Part shown: piece after piece, positions 46,024 to 58,619 of the stretch
How positions within the stretch are numbered: the stretch's first letter is position 1
Layout: the number at the start of each line of letters is the position of its first letter
Position numbers and translations under genes: made by a program
Source: Marsupella aquatica
Lineage: Eukaryota > Plantae > Marchantiophyta
Length of the DNA: 64,000 bases
Direction: 5' to 3'
Assembly (NCBI GenBank): GCA_973895155.1
Contig: OZ316894.1
Location: 5,108,944 to 5,172,943, forward strand
Notes under the pieces: model-generated
The model's database searches: none
The model's input: only the letters and a program-made list of their open reading frames with translations
What the model was told of the DNA's origin: nothing

Positions 46024-49000
46024 TGTAATTAGGTGATTATTCTAAAAAAGAGAGTTAAAGTATCAAAACCATAAAATTTTAAAATTTTTAAGTTTTTATA
46101 AGGCACTTTAAGCAAAATTAAGTTAGTATAAGCTCAAATGAGTAAGGATACCATTGGAAGACGTCAAGGCCACTCTAGTTTTCACATATTAGACGTCAAG
46201 ACGGTAAGAAGTTGAAAGGAGCTTCAAAAATGAGGTGACGTCCTGGACGGCCTCCTCATAGGGACAGCCGGGACGGCGCCGTCCTGGACGGCCTCCTCAC
46301 GAAGACGGCAAAGACGGCGCCGGCTTGGACGGCTTCTACACAGGGACGGCCGGGACGGCACCCATTTTTCGCCAAGGACGGCCGACTCCTTCCGCGCCGG
46401 CCCGCGTGAAAACTTGAGGATGTCTTGGACGGCCTCCACGTAGGGATGTTTGGGACGTCCACCCCGCCACGACCTAATGTGACGTCCGCGCCGGCCCAAA
46501 CCTTTTTCTCCATTTTTCTTTGAGGGACGTCCATGGCGGCCGACAGTAGGGCGCGAGCTTCGACCCTTAGTGCTCACTCGTTAGACCACCATTCGAGCTC
46601 ATTTCAATTGCTATAGCAACGCAACTGCCTAGAGAATATTCACCCCGATTCTGAACTGCCATTGATGAGACGTTGAGGAGTATTGGATCATCGATGCTCT
46701 CTGATTTCTTGGAATTGAAGAAATTTCAATTTTGAGAGCTTCGCCTGATCAGAGCTCCTTCATTTCTATCTCTTTCCAGTTCATTTCTTCTCCCACAGCA
46801 GTGCAACTACCTTAGATCCCTGAGATTTCATTCTTGAACCTCAATGCTTAACCGTTTTTAGGAGGAGAGCTCTCGAGCCTTCTCAGATTTTCTGAGCTAT
46901 GGCCACCAGGAGCTTACCAATTAGTAAGGCCATTAGGGTGACCTTACCCCCAGGTCCTAAGGCTTACTTTAGACTCCTTAGTAACCTGGTAGAGATGGGC
47001 TTGAGTTCCTTACTTTTTCTTCCTTGGGATATGGTGCATGGGTCCATCATTGCCGATTTTCTACGTCCATCCCGAGCTGGCGCTTTTCGGAGCTCTACTA
47101 GAGGTTCAACTGATGTGTGTACCACCGCCGTTGTTTCTAAGGTGTACCAGTTGAGCCAGGAAGGAGAGAGACTGATCTCTGTTGGGGAGGACTTGACTGT
47201 CCCCTACTTTAGAGGTACCAGGGACCGGAGGTCTGGGTTGGAAGATTGATCAGTGCAGGAACCGGGAGTTAGCTCATCTACTCCGATTCCTTGTACCTAT
47301 CTTTCATCCGACCAAACCCACCAGGGCTATGGTTTACTTGATCAGCTCTATCATCGTATCATGGACCGGCAGGAGGAGGATCAACTGGGCCCTAGCTCTT
47401 TTGGAGGTGATCGCCAAGCAGGTGGCTATCCTGTCTACTACCGGTGATACATATCTGACACCCTACTTGGCGCACATTTACTTTTCGAGAGGCTGCTTGT
47501 TACCAGTGGAGCTGCCCGATTGGAGGAGGAGAGCGAGACACTTTGAGCTCCCCCAGCCAGAGTTAGCGAGAGATTTGACTCCACCGCCTACGACATCTCC
47601 GAGACCCCCTCCAGTGGAGCAGACGTCAGTACCGGATCTACCAGGGATGACTTCTCCCTCTTTCGTTGCTTCCACTTCTTACACATCATGGACTGATTTT
47701 GTTGGTGATGTTGAGCGACTAGCTAGTGTGGCTGGTTTCAACCAGCATTTGGTAGATGAGGCCACTAGACTCTTGAGTTGTACCCCTCTACAGTTACTTG
47801 ACTGTATTCGTGCTTTGCTTTCTGAGTCTCGTACCGCCCCACCCCCTCATGTCTCACCCCCTGCACCTTCACCACAGCCTGATCACCCTATGGATGTGGA
47901 TGAGCCGGAGGTACCTATCGCTGATCCTTCACCACCTCCTCCATCCTCACCTACACCCCCTCTACCTGATCCCATTCCTTCCCCTATTATTGATTCCCCT
48001 ATCCCTCCTACATTTTCACCTGAGCATCCTCCATCTACTACGCCTGAGCCTTTACCCCTTTCACCAGTATCCCCTCCAGATCCATTTTACTCCATTGAGG
48101 ATACCACCCTATCACCCCTTGATGATTCATTTCCCTCTCCTACCAAGGAAGGAGATGAACCCATCCATGAGCCTATTCCCGAGACTGAGCCTGAGCCTCA
48201 GACTGTAGAGCCTCCCAGTGTACCATTTATAGCTCCTACTCCTTTGATGTCTCAGCCTCCTATTGTCTCTTCTGTTGCCGATATTGAGCCTCTTTTTGTC
48301 TTTCCCGCCCAGTTTGATAGGATGATTACGTCACTCATTGACGCACGCACTCCTCTTGCACCTCCTTTACCTCCACTTATGTTTGGTCGTGAGTCTTTTC
48401 CTTTTCCACACACCTACGACATGGTTCCGATTTCTCGTGGTATTCTATGGCTACCTATCGACAAGCTGAGACTACCCACGATTGAGACTCCTGACCTTTG
48501 GAGTTGGGTTTATCACTGTAGAAAGGTCATAGCACCTTTCTCTCTTCCAGCTCCAGACATTCCATGGCCATCAGATTACTTTGTTTGGATCGGACCGGAT
48601 GGACATCCCATCCGAAAGACCAGTGAGGCCCGTTTGATTCGTTATCGTGAGGACCTTTTCCGTCGACAGTATTTGAAGGGACAAAGGACCAAAGGGAAGA
48701 TAGCCCTTGGTTATGTAGCTCGCCTCCCTCTACTTGTAGTCGACCCTCCTCCTATTACAGTATGAGATTAGTATTTTATTTTGTAGACTTTTACTTAGCT
48801 TTGACCATTTGACTATCCCTTAGTCAAAGTTGACTTTTACTTTACTTAGTTTAGACTTAGGAAATGAAGAGGCATGTCTCTTCATTCTCCTTAGCCCGTG
48901 GGCGATCTCATGTACTTATTGTGATACTAGTCTCATTTTGAGACAGTGTGGATAGTTATTTGCATCTCCTCATCTTGGAGTTTTGTCCCTTGTACGTGTA

Positions 49001-49813
49001 ATGCAATTTTGCAAGGAAGATTTGCATACCTTGGAATTTGATTACTTGTGCTAGGAGTCTACCCCTCCTTCATATGGTAATGCATGTTGCAATTACCGTA
49101 AGAAGTAAAAATCCATAAAAATACAATTTGTGGAATGTATTAGAAGATCCATTGGTCGGTGCCTAATCCAAACTACAACATTTGTTGTCCATTTCTGTAT
49201 TTACATGAAGAACTTATCTTTGGAAGATAAGTATTGTATGAAATCAAGAAAAGAGAAATCTATATGTTAAGAAGTAGCGACATTCTTAATTCACGAATTT
49301 GAAGTACCATTGTGGTATACTGAATGTGCATTAGTTTTTCTTTGGAATTGCGCATCGCTGAAGAAGGAAACATGTTGCCGGCATTTTAATGACACACTAC
49401 TATACACACAATCCGAAACTTATCTTGGGTTTTGTGAGCATAGACACTTCTTAAACTTAGATTTATGATGGAAACCTAGAGAGCAGTTATAGCAAGGTTA
49501 TGTTTGACTTATCAACGTCTCAAATAATATCATAGCTCTTTCTTAAGACATGGTGACGGAGTTAAACATTACTAAACTATACCTTTAAAAGCTCTAAGAT
49601 TCTATTATTCAGCAAATATCACTTTTGTTCTTATTTTGTTAATTGCCTGTGTTTTGTTTAAGATTCTATTTTTCTTATAGATGTTGAGTACCATCTCTAA
49701 ACCACTCAAAACACTTTAAAACATCTTTTCATCCCATTCTTGTTCTTCCATGGGAACAAACACCGAGTTTTTAGCATATATTCGATGATATTTGCTTTTG
49801 TTAGCATACGACA
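46024..49813. mobile_element. 3.79-kb TG..CA insertion with a 5-bp TSD (probable giant solo LTR of a gypsy-type element)
   Basis: Termini TGTAATT...ACGACA. Flanks TGCGG (46019-46023) and TGCCG (49814-49818). The empty site GATTGCCGTCATAG is present in units 1 and 3. Confidence 0.82.
46899..48765 (+). pseudogene. Retrotransposon accessory-type ORF (about 620 codons, one frameshift near 47236) with a long Pro/Ser-rich region
   Basis: ORF 46899-47249 joins by a frameshift to GWKIDQCRNRELAHLLRFLVPIFHPTKPTRAMVY...INWALAL...YLTPYLAHIY, which continues as ORF 47329-48765. No gag/pol motifs. Confidence 0.6.
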
Positions 49814-49922
49814 TGCCGTCATAGCCACTTTCAGTAGCAATGTGCAAGCATTTAGAGTGATAAGATAAGGGCAGTGTTGTACGTCGTGGCACAAAGTAGG
49901 CGACCATTGATTGACCATAAAC

Positions 49923-50160
49923 TTAGACTGCCACAAATGGACTCAATCTGGGGTGAAAGGAAGACCCTCTCCATTTGTATCTCATCTGAGCACTGGTGGC
50001 TGCGGAAATTGGGAAACATGTCCACCTATCCTCGTCAACGTTGTATGCAAGGACTCGACTGCCAGAGTCCACCCTAAAAAAAATGTAATGACTATCTCCC
50101 ACGGGTTGACCAAATATATTGCCCACTTTCAGATCAGCGGGAGGGCCCCGAGCCAACTGT
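49923..50160 (-). pseudogene. F-box gene 3' remnant, copy 2
   Basis: VLAYNVDEDRWTCFP...SFHPRLSPFVAV*; the 5' part is lost at the deletion junction at 50160. Confidence 0.75.
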
Positions 50161-52538
50161 AATTTCTAGGGTGTTTTTGTTGATTTGCCTAGGCAGTGAA
50201 TGTTACCATGTGTCAAGGAGGAGATGCTACAAAATTCATGTGTCCATCCAAGTACCATTGTCAAACATTTTTGTCCATCCCTGCTTTGACTTGCAAACAA
50301 TGTTCTATTGATCTTTTTTCATTTTTTCTTTGCATTGTTTACTATCCTATGTATCCCCCACACTAGTGTAAATTACTAATCTGCCCCCAAAACTAAACTA
50401 ATTATCAGATTGCCCCCATTTGGTGTATGGGTTGGCTTAGCTCGACTATACTGACCCATGATTACTGGCATACCATTGGGTTGCGCCCCACTTTAACGGT
50501 TGGAGGGAATTAGTTTGGACAAATTATGAGCCTCAGTCCACGTGTTCCCATAAAAACATGTGGCATCTTGGGCTTGTCTAGTCTGGCTAATCCAACTCAC
50601 ATACAAAACGGGGGCAACCTGGTGATTCATTAATTTTTGAGACAGGTTAGTGAATTTAACTTGTTTGGGGGTAGGGAAGTAAAAGATGGGGTTTTCCTTC
50701 TTCTTTTTTAAATGTGGGGGGAGGGGAAGGGAAACCCTGTCCAAGACAACAAGCCACAAAACCAGCCAGATGTCTCAGGTTCTATTAAGTTTTTTTCCCC
50801 AAATCCCATGAGATTTCTCATTATTTTTCTTGCAGTTTTTGCATCATTCACATGAGACATTACACTTGGTTTGCAACTTTTGGTAGCCACAAACTCCAAA
50901 GGTTTTTTTCTTTAAATTCCATGAGCTTTGAACTCTTGGGGATATCTAGTCTAAAAGACTTATTGTTGCAAACTCCAACAACAAAATCTTCATTTTTTCA
51001 TTTGAGTTCAAACTACCTACTGTTCCAGGGTCATTCAAGGGGGCATTCTGTTCAGATAGAAAATCTGGACCCTCAATTTGAGTTTCAACAATAAATTTGA
51101 AACATTTTTCTGTTGTACGTCAAACTTACCTACCAACTTCCCATGAACAGGTGGCCTGGGCCTTGTATTAGAATAGTGCATGAGGGGGGAGTTCTACTGA
51201 AATCAAAAGCCCTATGGTAGACCTAGCTTCTATTTGCCTTTTTCAAACAGTAAGTTCTGGCAAGGATCATATAGAGCCCTGTTTGAAACATGGATTAGAA
51301 CTTTTCTAATGGAGACAAGGCCGTGTTTGTCTCACTCCATTGGAGACAAAGATTGCATGTGCAAACATAACAACAAAAATTCAATTCACTTCAAGCCTAT
51401 CCTCCAACACAAAGTTCAGGTGTTCTATTACAGGATAGCCTCATGTTTTAAGAGATAACACTTTTTGTCAGACTCCGTATTTCTGTAAATTTTCAAGTCT
51501 ACAATGGATGATAACTTAAACCTAAAAGTTTCAAATCCTCATTTCCATCAATTTTGGGAAAGAGGGCCTTAACCAGGTCCCTTGTGCATCCAAATTCGAG
51601 GTTTTATATAAATGTTTTGTATAACGGATTGGAGATGCAAATCTAGAAAAGCTTGATAACCTATTGGAATTGTTAAATTCCATAGAAAAGGGATCACAAA
51701 CACATTCAGTTGAATAAATGGTTTTTTGTAAATAGTTTTAATTTGAGCAGGTGTTGATTCTAAATTTAGTTTTGTGGATTTTATGCTTAATACATAAGGT
51801 CGTAAAACATCAGGCTATCTATTACAGGATAGCCTCACATTTTAAGAGATAACACTTTTTGTCGGACTCTGTGTTTCTGTAATTTTTTCAACTCTACAAT
51901 GCATGTTAACTTAAGTCTAAAAGTTTCAAATCCTCATTTCCATCAATTTTGGGAAAGAGGGATTTAACCAGGTCCCTCCGGCGTCTTGTGGACTACATGG
52001 GCACCATAGATGGATTTTAGACTTTACCAGCCCGTCTGACGGTGGATTGTCCAAAGTATTGAGATGTGGTTACACCTCACACTTGAATGCAGTCAACACC
52101 AGGTCCTTCTCCGCTAAGCAGGGTGCGACCACTTGACTCAGAGCATAACTCCATCTGAAGAATATATATTAAGCTTTGGTAAGACTTGATATTTTACTTG
52201 ATTACAGAATGAACCCTGTTGGAGCTGAAAAGTGCTTGGTGTGATCTATGAAGTTCAAGCTACTTAACAAAAAACGTTTTGTACATCTCCAACACTCAAT
52301 CCTATATACTCAAAATCTTGCCTAATCTGGCTTCCTAGTGCATAATTATGTAGGACTCCACATAGGCATCCACTTTGCTAACCAGAAAACAAGTAACAAA
52401 AATTAGGTTTTCTGGGCAATATGACATAAATTGGGCTAGTGAGAGACTACGTGTGCTAGCGAAGTGGTGTCTATTTGGGTTTTTCCCTCGTATGACAGAA
52501 ACGTTTGCCAATACCACCAAAAATTCCTCCCATGGTAC

Positions 52539-55500
52539 TTATACCCGGCTGTCCTCAACAGGCGGTTTCCTTTTATAACATCTCGTTCCGTCTATATCAA
52601 TGGACACATACGTCCAGCCCAAACTATCCATTTTCGAGTCGTCGAGTAAGGGACATAAGTCTACGAAAACTCGCATGCCCTCCGTTTTCGTTGTCTGGGA
52701 CGACTGCTCTGCTTGCAACCTGAGCTCGTCACTTTGCTCCCCTTGTGGCAATGCCCCTTGAACCCAGGACGACCTTCCCAAGCTTTTCTGGCAGCATCTT
52801 CAGTCTACTGCAATACTGAAGTCTCACTTCTTTCAGACAAGAGAGTTGCCCCAAACTGTCCGGAAGGCTCTCCAACGCACCGGAGATGGTGAGCCTTTCT
52901 AGAGAAGAGAGAGTTCCAAGCTCATCCGGCAATGTCTCCAAACGCGGCAACCAATGCAGACGCAGGGCCCTTAATGACGAAAGGCTACCCAAACCTGCCG
53001 GGAGGATCCGTGTCTTCCGCCCCCGCCCTCTGAGAGTTAGCTCATGTTCAAAGCACCGAAAGTGTTCAAAAAGGTCGGGTGCCTCCTCATGCCCATCACA
53101 ATCAAATTCAACCTCTTGCAATGATGGAATTTGTCCGATGCCATCGAGTAGGCTTCTCGCGTTCTTTCCCACCGCAAGAGTCACTTTCTTCAGACACCGA
53201 AACTGCCGTACGCTCTCCGTCAGGCTTCCCAAGCTTCTTGACCGGATAGATAATTCTTCCAGGGAAGAGAGGGTTCCAAAATTGTCGGGCAGCCTCTCCA
53301 ATTTAGAGCACTCCAATTTCAACCTTTGAAGAGACTTCAGACGAGAAAAGCTGTCTGGTAGGGTCTGCAGCTCATCAGCATCAAAAATGTCCAATAACTG
53401 CAGCTGAAGGAGCTGGCCGAAATCCTCTGGCAACCTCTTCAATCTCTTAGCGTTTCTGAGACTCAATTCTCTCAAATTATGGAGCCCCCCCAAGCTCTCT
53501 GGCAACTCCTCCAACTGGGGGCATTGTAATTTGAAAGTTTTCAAAAAAATAACCTCCTCCATACTTTCAGGGAGAAGCTTAGCAACCGAAGACTTGAAAG
53601 TCAAATAACGCAGTGCATACAAGTTACCCACACTCAGAGGAAGAGTCTCCACCCTATCGACATCAAGCTTCAATTCCTCCAGTAGAGCAAGCTCTCCTAG
53701 GTTTTCGGGCAATATCTCCAATTTTGGACAAACTATCTCTAACTGGCGGAGAGACTTCAGACAGCAGAAACTTTCAGGTAAAGTCTCTAGGTGCGCAGAT
53801 GAAATGTACAATTCCTTCAGTGCCGTCCATTCGGCGAAATCGTCGCGCAAGCTCCTTAGTTGTCCAGTCGTGCTAATGTGAAGTACTTCTAGTCCCGAGA
53901 GAAGGTTGAAGCTCGGAGGGAGCCTTTCCAGAGCCACGCCTGTCAAATACAGTACTCGTAGAGAGGCTAAGGTGCCAAAAGCATCCCCCAACTCTTCGAA
54001 GCCACGGCACCACAGTATCCTTAATTGCTTGAGTCCCGAAAGCCGGGAGAAAGACTGCGGTAGACACTTGATGAACGGACAGCTCGAGATGACCACTTCT
54101 TCCAATGACGTGAGTGAATTGCCAAAGGAGTCAGGGAGACCTGCAAGCTCTTCACAGTTTTTAATTCTTAACGTTGCAAGGCGGGATAGATTCCCTAAGG
54201 ATTCATGTAACGCCAAATATTGTACTGGCAAGTACAAGATGTTCGAGGGCTCGAAGGTTGCCAAGTGATTTCGGCAAAGTGAGAGACCCTAGACCCCTCA
54301 ACTCCAACCGTCTCAACTGAGATAGATTCCCAAAATTCTCAGGCAGATGGACCAAACCTTCTAGGTTATATAGGCACAAAATGCGCAGATTGGTCAGATT
54401 CCCCAATGCTTCCGGAAACTCCTCTGGAATCCAAAAATCGCTTAGTTCCAGCACAGCCAAATTCTCCATTTTGTTGAGGGTCAGCTCGAACTTCGAATTC
54501 CATGAGTCACCTCGACAACCTTTAGAAGCGATATCTTCCTCGTGAGACCATTTCCCGAACCTTCTGTGGAGACACGATAAAGATCTATGTATTTCAATCC
54601 CTCCAGTTTGGCCAGCGAATCCAACTGAAAGGGCCGTTGGCTCTTGTGGGGTTTAAAATAATACGGGAGCCTTAAACATTTTGTCCTTACCTCCACCTGC
54701 ACATTTAACGGTAATTATTGAATGATTATTTCCTAGCTATTCGACTCAGAAGGCAAATATAAGGGAAGTAGGTATGGCTGAATTTTCTCCTTCTAGCCTA
54801 CCTTGCATGATTTTAATAGGTACATCAGTTGACTGTACTGGAAAGAACAGTTACCTCCTTGTCATTCAACCGATCCACTGCTGAGGCTGATGATGCATCA
54901 TCAGTAGCCAAAACCATGATGTCATTGGAAATAGTCTGAGCCAAGTCTCGAAGCTGCTCATGGACCCATACTCTGTTGTTGATTTCTTTCACCAATGACC
55001 TGCTCACTAAGTTCTCCCACGTTGTTTGCATAGTTTTTAGACTGCTCCATGCGGCAAGGGCCCGGTCCAATGGCTGTTCGAAGAAAAATGATCACCAATC
55101 CTCCAATGGAGTGGCCTACCAATACAATTGGACAATTCGACTCTTGCCCAATGTTTGCCATCAGAAGATCTGAGATCAGGTTTTCCCCTAAATTGAACAT
55201 ATCAATGTCATCGTTTGAAATATTTCTTAGGATTCCACTGTAAGACACTGAGAATATCTGAGCTTCAGGAATCTCCTCAACTAACCACTGCTGCGGCCAG
55301 ATGCAGGAGTCATCCTCACATTTCCATGTAGACAAATGTGGGTCCCTGATGTTTGGCCCCAACTGGAGGCCATGGAAAAACACAACCTGTATGCTTGGTC
55401 TGCCTGCAGGCTTGTACAACTGGTACACGGAGTCATTCACCTGAGAAAACCAATCACAATGAGAAAAAAGGGACTGCGAATGTCACCAGTCGTGCTCCGC

Positions 55501-55757
55501 ATGGATGACAGAGGCTCGACACGGCTTAAAAGCAACGTCTTAAACAGCTATAATGGGATTGCTAAGGTATGACTATAGTTATGCTCAAGTGCTTTCCAAA
55601 TGGACTCATCTACAAAAACACACCTAAAGCGATTTGGACAAATAGACTCAGCGAAAAAGCAACAAACCTCGAAGCCCGATTTCAGGGGATCTGGACTGTG
55701 TATTACCTGCAAAATTTGAGAAGACCCTTGCGGTCTGGATGGGGAGGCACCCAACAT
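52539..55757 (-). pseudogene. HNL copy 3 pseudogene
   Basis: The hydrolase exon is fused out of frame to the NB-ARC tail near 55090, so P-loop through GLPL is missing. The LRR exon is split into four ORFs by frameshifts. Confidence 0.9.
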
Positions 55758-58619
55758 TGGGTTGCAAGGACTTAAGAGCTTTGGGGACAATCAATGGGCC
55801 GTAGCCACAAGGGACCCACAAATAAGTTTATGGAAGGCTACTGAGAATCACCGTCTTGATCTTCAGCGTCTTTCTCATATCATTTAGGAGACTCATCCAC
55901 TCACTTAAAAGTAGAGCAAGTGGTGTACTCAGTTCAGGGCTCGGTACTGAATTGGAAGACGACTATTTGAGGAGTTCAGGACCTGTCCGGTAGAAGTTTG
56001 TGACCCAAGACTAGAAATAAATTTGACATTTTCATGTCATTGTGAACTGGAGCAAAGTATGAATTACATATGCCAAAGTCTAATTTCAGGAAAACCGTTC
56101 GAAGAAGAATGCCGCACGTGTAAATCCGCAATGGTGACGTAGTTGGTCGGTATTGTGCACAGTTTATACGACCACCGACTTAAACTCTCCTCGATCCATA
56201 TTCATCAGGAGCTCCAGAGGTCTAGAGTGGAACCGACCTGAATACAAACTGAATAGTTTGCTTGGCATAGAACGAGGGAGTGACTTCTGCAATTGGACAT
56301 TCGAGACAATTTCCAACACATTGTTAGTGATCTCTGTCTCACAGCATGTGTGGAATGAAGACGACATAATTGTTCGCACTTGCGGGAGGACGACAGGGAA
56401 TGCACGATGCAGTCGAGGTGGCAAAGAGACATTACTTAAAAACAAAAGCGGCGAACGACAATGGAATTTGATCACATCAGCTAAGGGGAATCAGCCATGG
56501 AGTGATTTGAGGTGAACGACAATGATAATTGATATCATTTGGTAAGGGGAATCAGCCATGGAATGAATTGAGGTGGGAAATGGACCAAGACATCTGTTCT
56601 TGAGCAGTGTCTGCCTCTGTCCATCGAGCCTTTCTGAGCTCCAGAGATTCGGAGGTGAGGGTGAAGTTTTGAGATCAGGGAACGATTTATTGAGAAGGTT
56701 GATCAGTTCATTAGAAGATCGAATCTCTTTTGAAGAAGTCACTGTTCGGTCAGTTGCCTTCGGTACTCGAGGATCAGCCGGGCTCTCAACGTACAAGTGA
56801 ATAGCGTGATTAACTGAAATCTTCTGGGGACGCAGATAGATGAGCTTGCAAACTATAGCTCTTCACGAATTGGGTCTCTAGCAGTCCAGGACATTGGTAT
56901 TGAACAGGCCAAAACGAAGTGGGGAACAACATCACGCCAAAATGAACCCAAAACGCACAATTTTTGTGGCTAACCAAGATGTAGAAGTATCGTGCAATAC
57001 CTGATAAGTATGTTTTCTGGTTCCTCAAGCTCACGTAAAGAAATCGACCGTCCCACAGCACAGTGAAGTTGACCTTGTCAAGTCGGTTCACATCCCTTCA
57101 ATATCATCTGTCGTCCGCGCTGTAGAACAATTGGAAATCACGAAAAGATAGAAGAAACTAAAGATAATGTGATGCCGCGTTCACCTGGTGCACCGGTTCT
57201 AATCCAAAAGCCTAGCGAAAGCCTGCAGAACAAATGTGGACGGGTTTGTGATGTTTGTACGAGAACAATTCATTGGGATTGTGTGACCTTTGGCGCTCGG
57301 ACCGATTGACCTGGCTTTACAGTTTACCCTTCCAATGCCCACCCTAACAAGTCAGCACTTGAAGGAATTGTAAATTATGAATTTTCCTAGGGGCCCACCT
57401 TCCAGCGAAGCTATACCGGCCCTAATGAGGAGTCCACCGGGGGACCATAGCAACTGTAAACCTGACGTGTTGAGTTTGTTCCCTTTTGCACTTGGTCGCT
57501 GTTTCACCTGAACGAAAGGAAGGTTGCCCCGGCAGCGATCGGTTTTAGTGGACGAGAGATTTTTTTACATGATGATATGAGTTGAAGTTTGTTGAACTGA
57601 TGGATAATTTACAAGACCAAGCTAACTTGGAAAGTTGGTCAGTCCGGGAATTTTGCTATTGCAAGTTGGAGCTTGTTGATATCAAGAATCATCTACAACC
57701 TTGTTTTGTAGACGATTAGCAGGTTGCAATGTGTTCAGATCCGGCCAGATCGATTTGTAGATTAAAATAGATTTCAAATCTTGTGCAATTTTGGCGGTAA
57801 GCATTTCACACGTAGAATCAAGGCAGATGAAGGAAATCGATGAAATATTCGATAGAGCTGATAAAAACCCCTCCCAATTTTAAAGCAATCTGTACAAAAT
57901 TAAGGAGGCATATTTGGGTTTTCTTCCGAAACTTCTCCATAGGCATACGAAATTAATGGATGGAAATTTGCCGGGCTCCTATCTTTCCACAGCTTTGGTC
58001 AAGGAAAATTGCTGCTTGGAAATTTTGCGTGTGGAAATACAGTTTCAGAGAAGGGACAAGATTGAATTTCAATATTTCTGTCACCCACAAATTTTGCTGC
58101 TTACCATCACCAGAATTGAGCCAGAGATATGCAGAATGTGGAATTCTGTAGATCAATTGAACCACATATCTCCTGCCCGACTCGCATTTGAAAAGTTAGA
58201 CATTGGAAAGTGACCATAGCTTGTCACTACTTGACCTCTTGCTCACGCACGACAAAAGCACCTAATGCTAATGCCAGTTGCTTTGGATTAAATCCTGAGT
58301 GCGCTGGTGAAGGCAGAGGGGATGGGAGACTGCACCATCCACTCGGGCATTCACTCGTTGCGGAGATTGTACCAGATTCAGCATCCTCTGCGTTAGCTCC
58401 GTCTGCCGCTTCATGAAATGCGGACACGCAATTCAAGACCTAGGGATTTGGAAAAGGAGAGACAACTCAAAATGACCTTCACTATCAGCTATGTATTGGT
58501 ACTGCGATTGCCGTCATAGCCACTTTCAGATGAAATGTCCAAGGTTTTTGAGTGATAAACTAAAGGGCAGTGTTGCACTTCGTGGCACAGAAGTAGGCGA
58601 CCATTGATCGACCATAAAC

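Larger units (their letters stand above)
32881..51420. repeat. Segmental tandem unit 2
   Basis: Collinear with units 1 and 3. Contains the 3.8-kb insertion and a deletion junction at 50160. Confidence 0.8.

Noticed and set aside
47329-48765. Extensin or host proline-rich protein
   Set aside because: No signal peptide or SPPPP periodicity, and it lies inside a TSD-flanked insertion.
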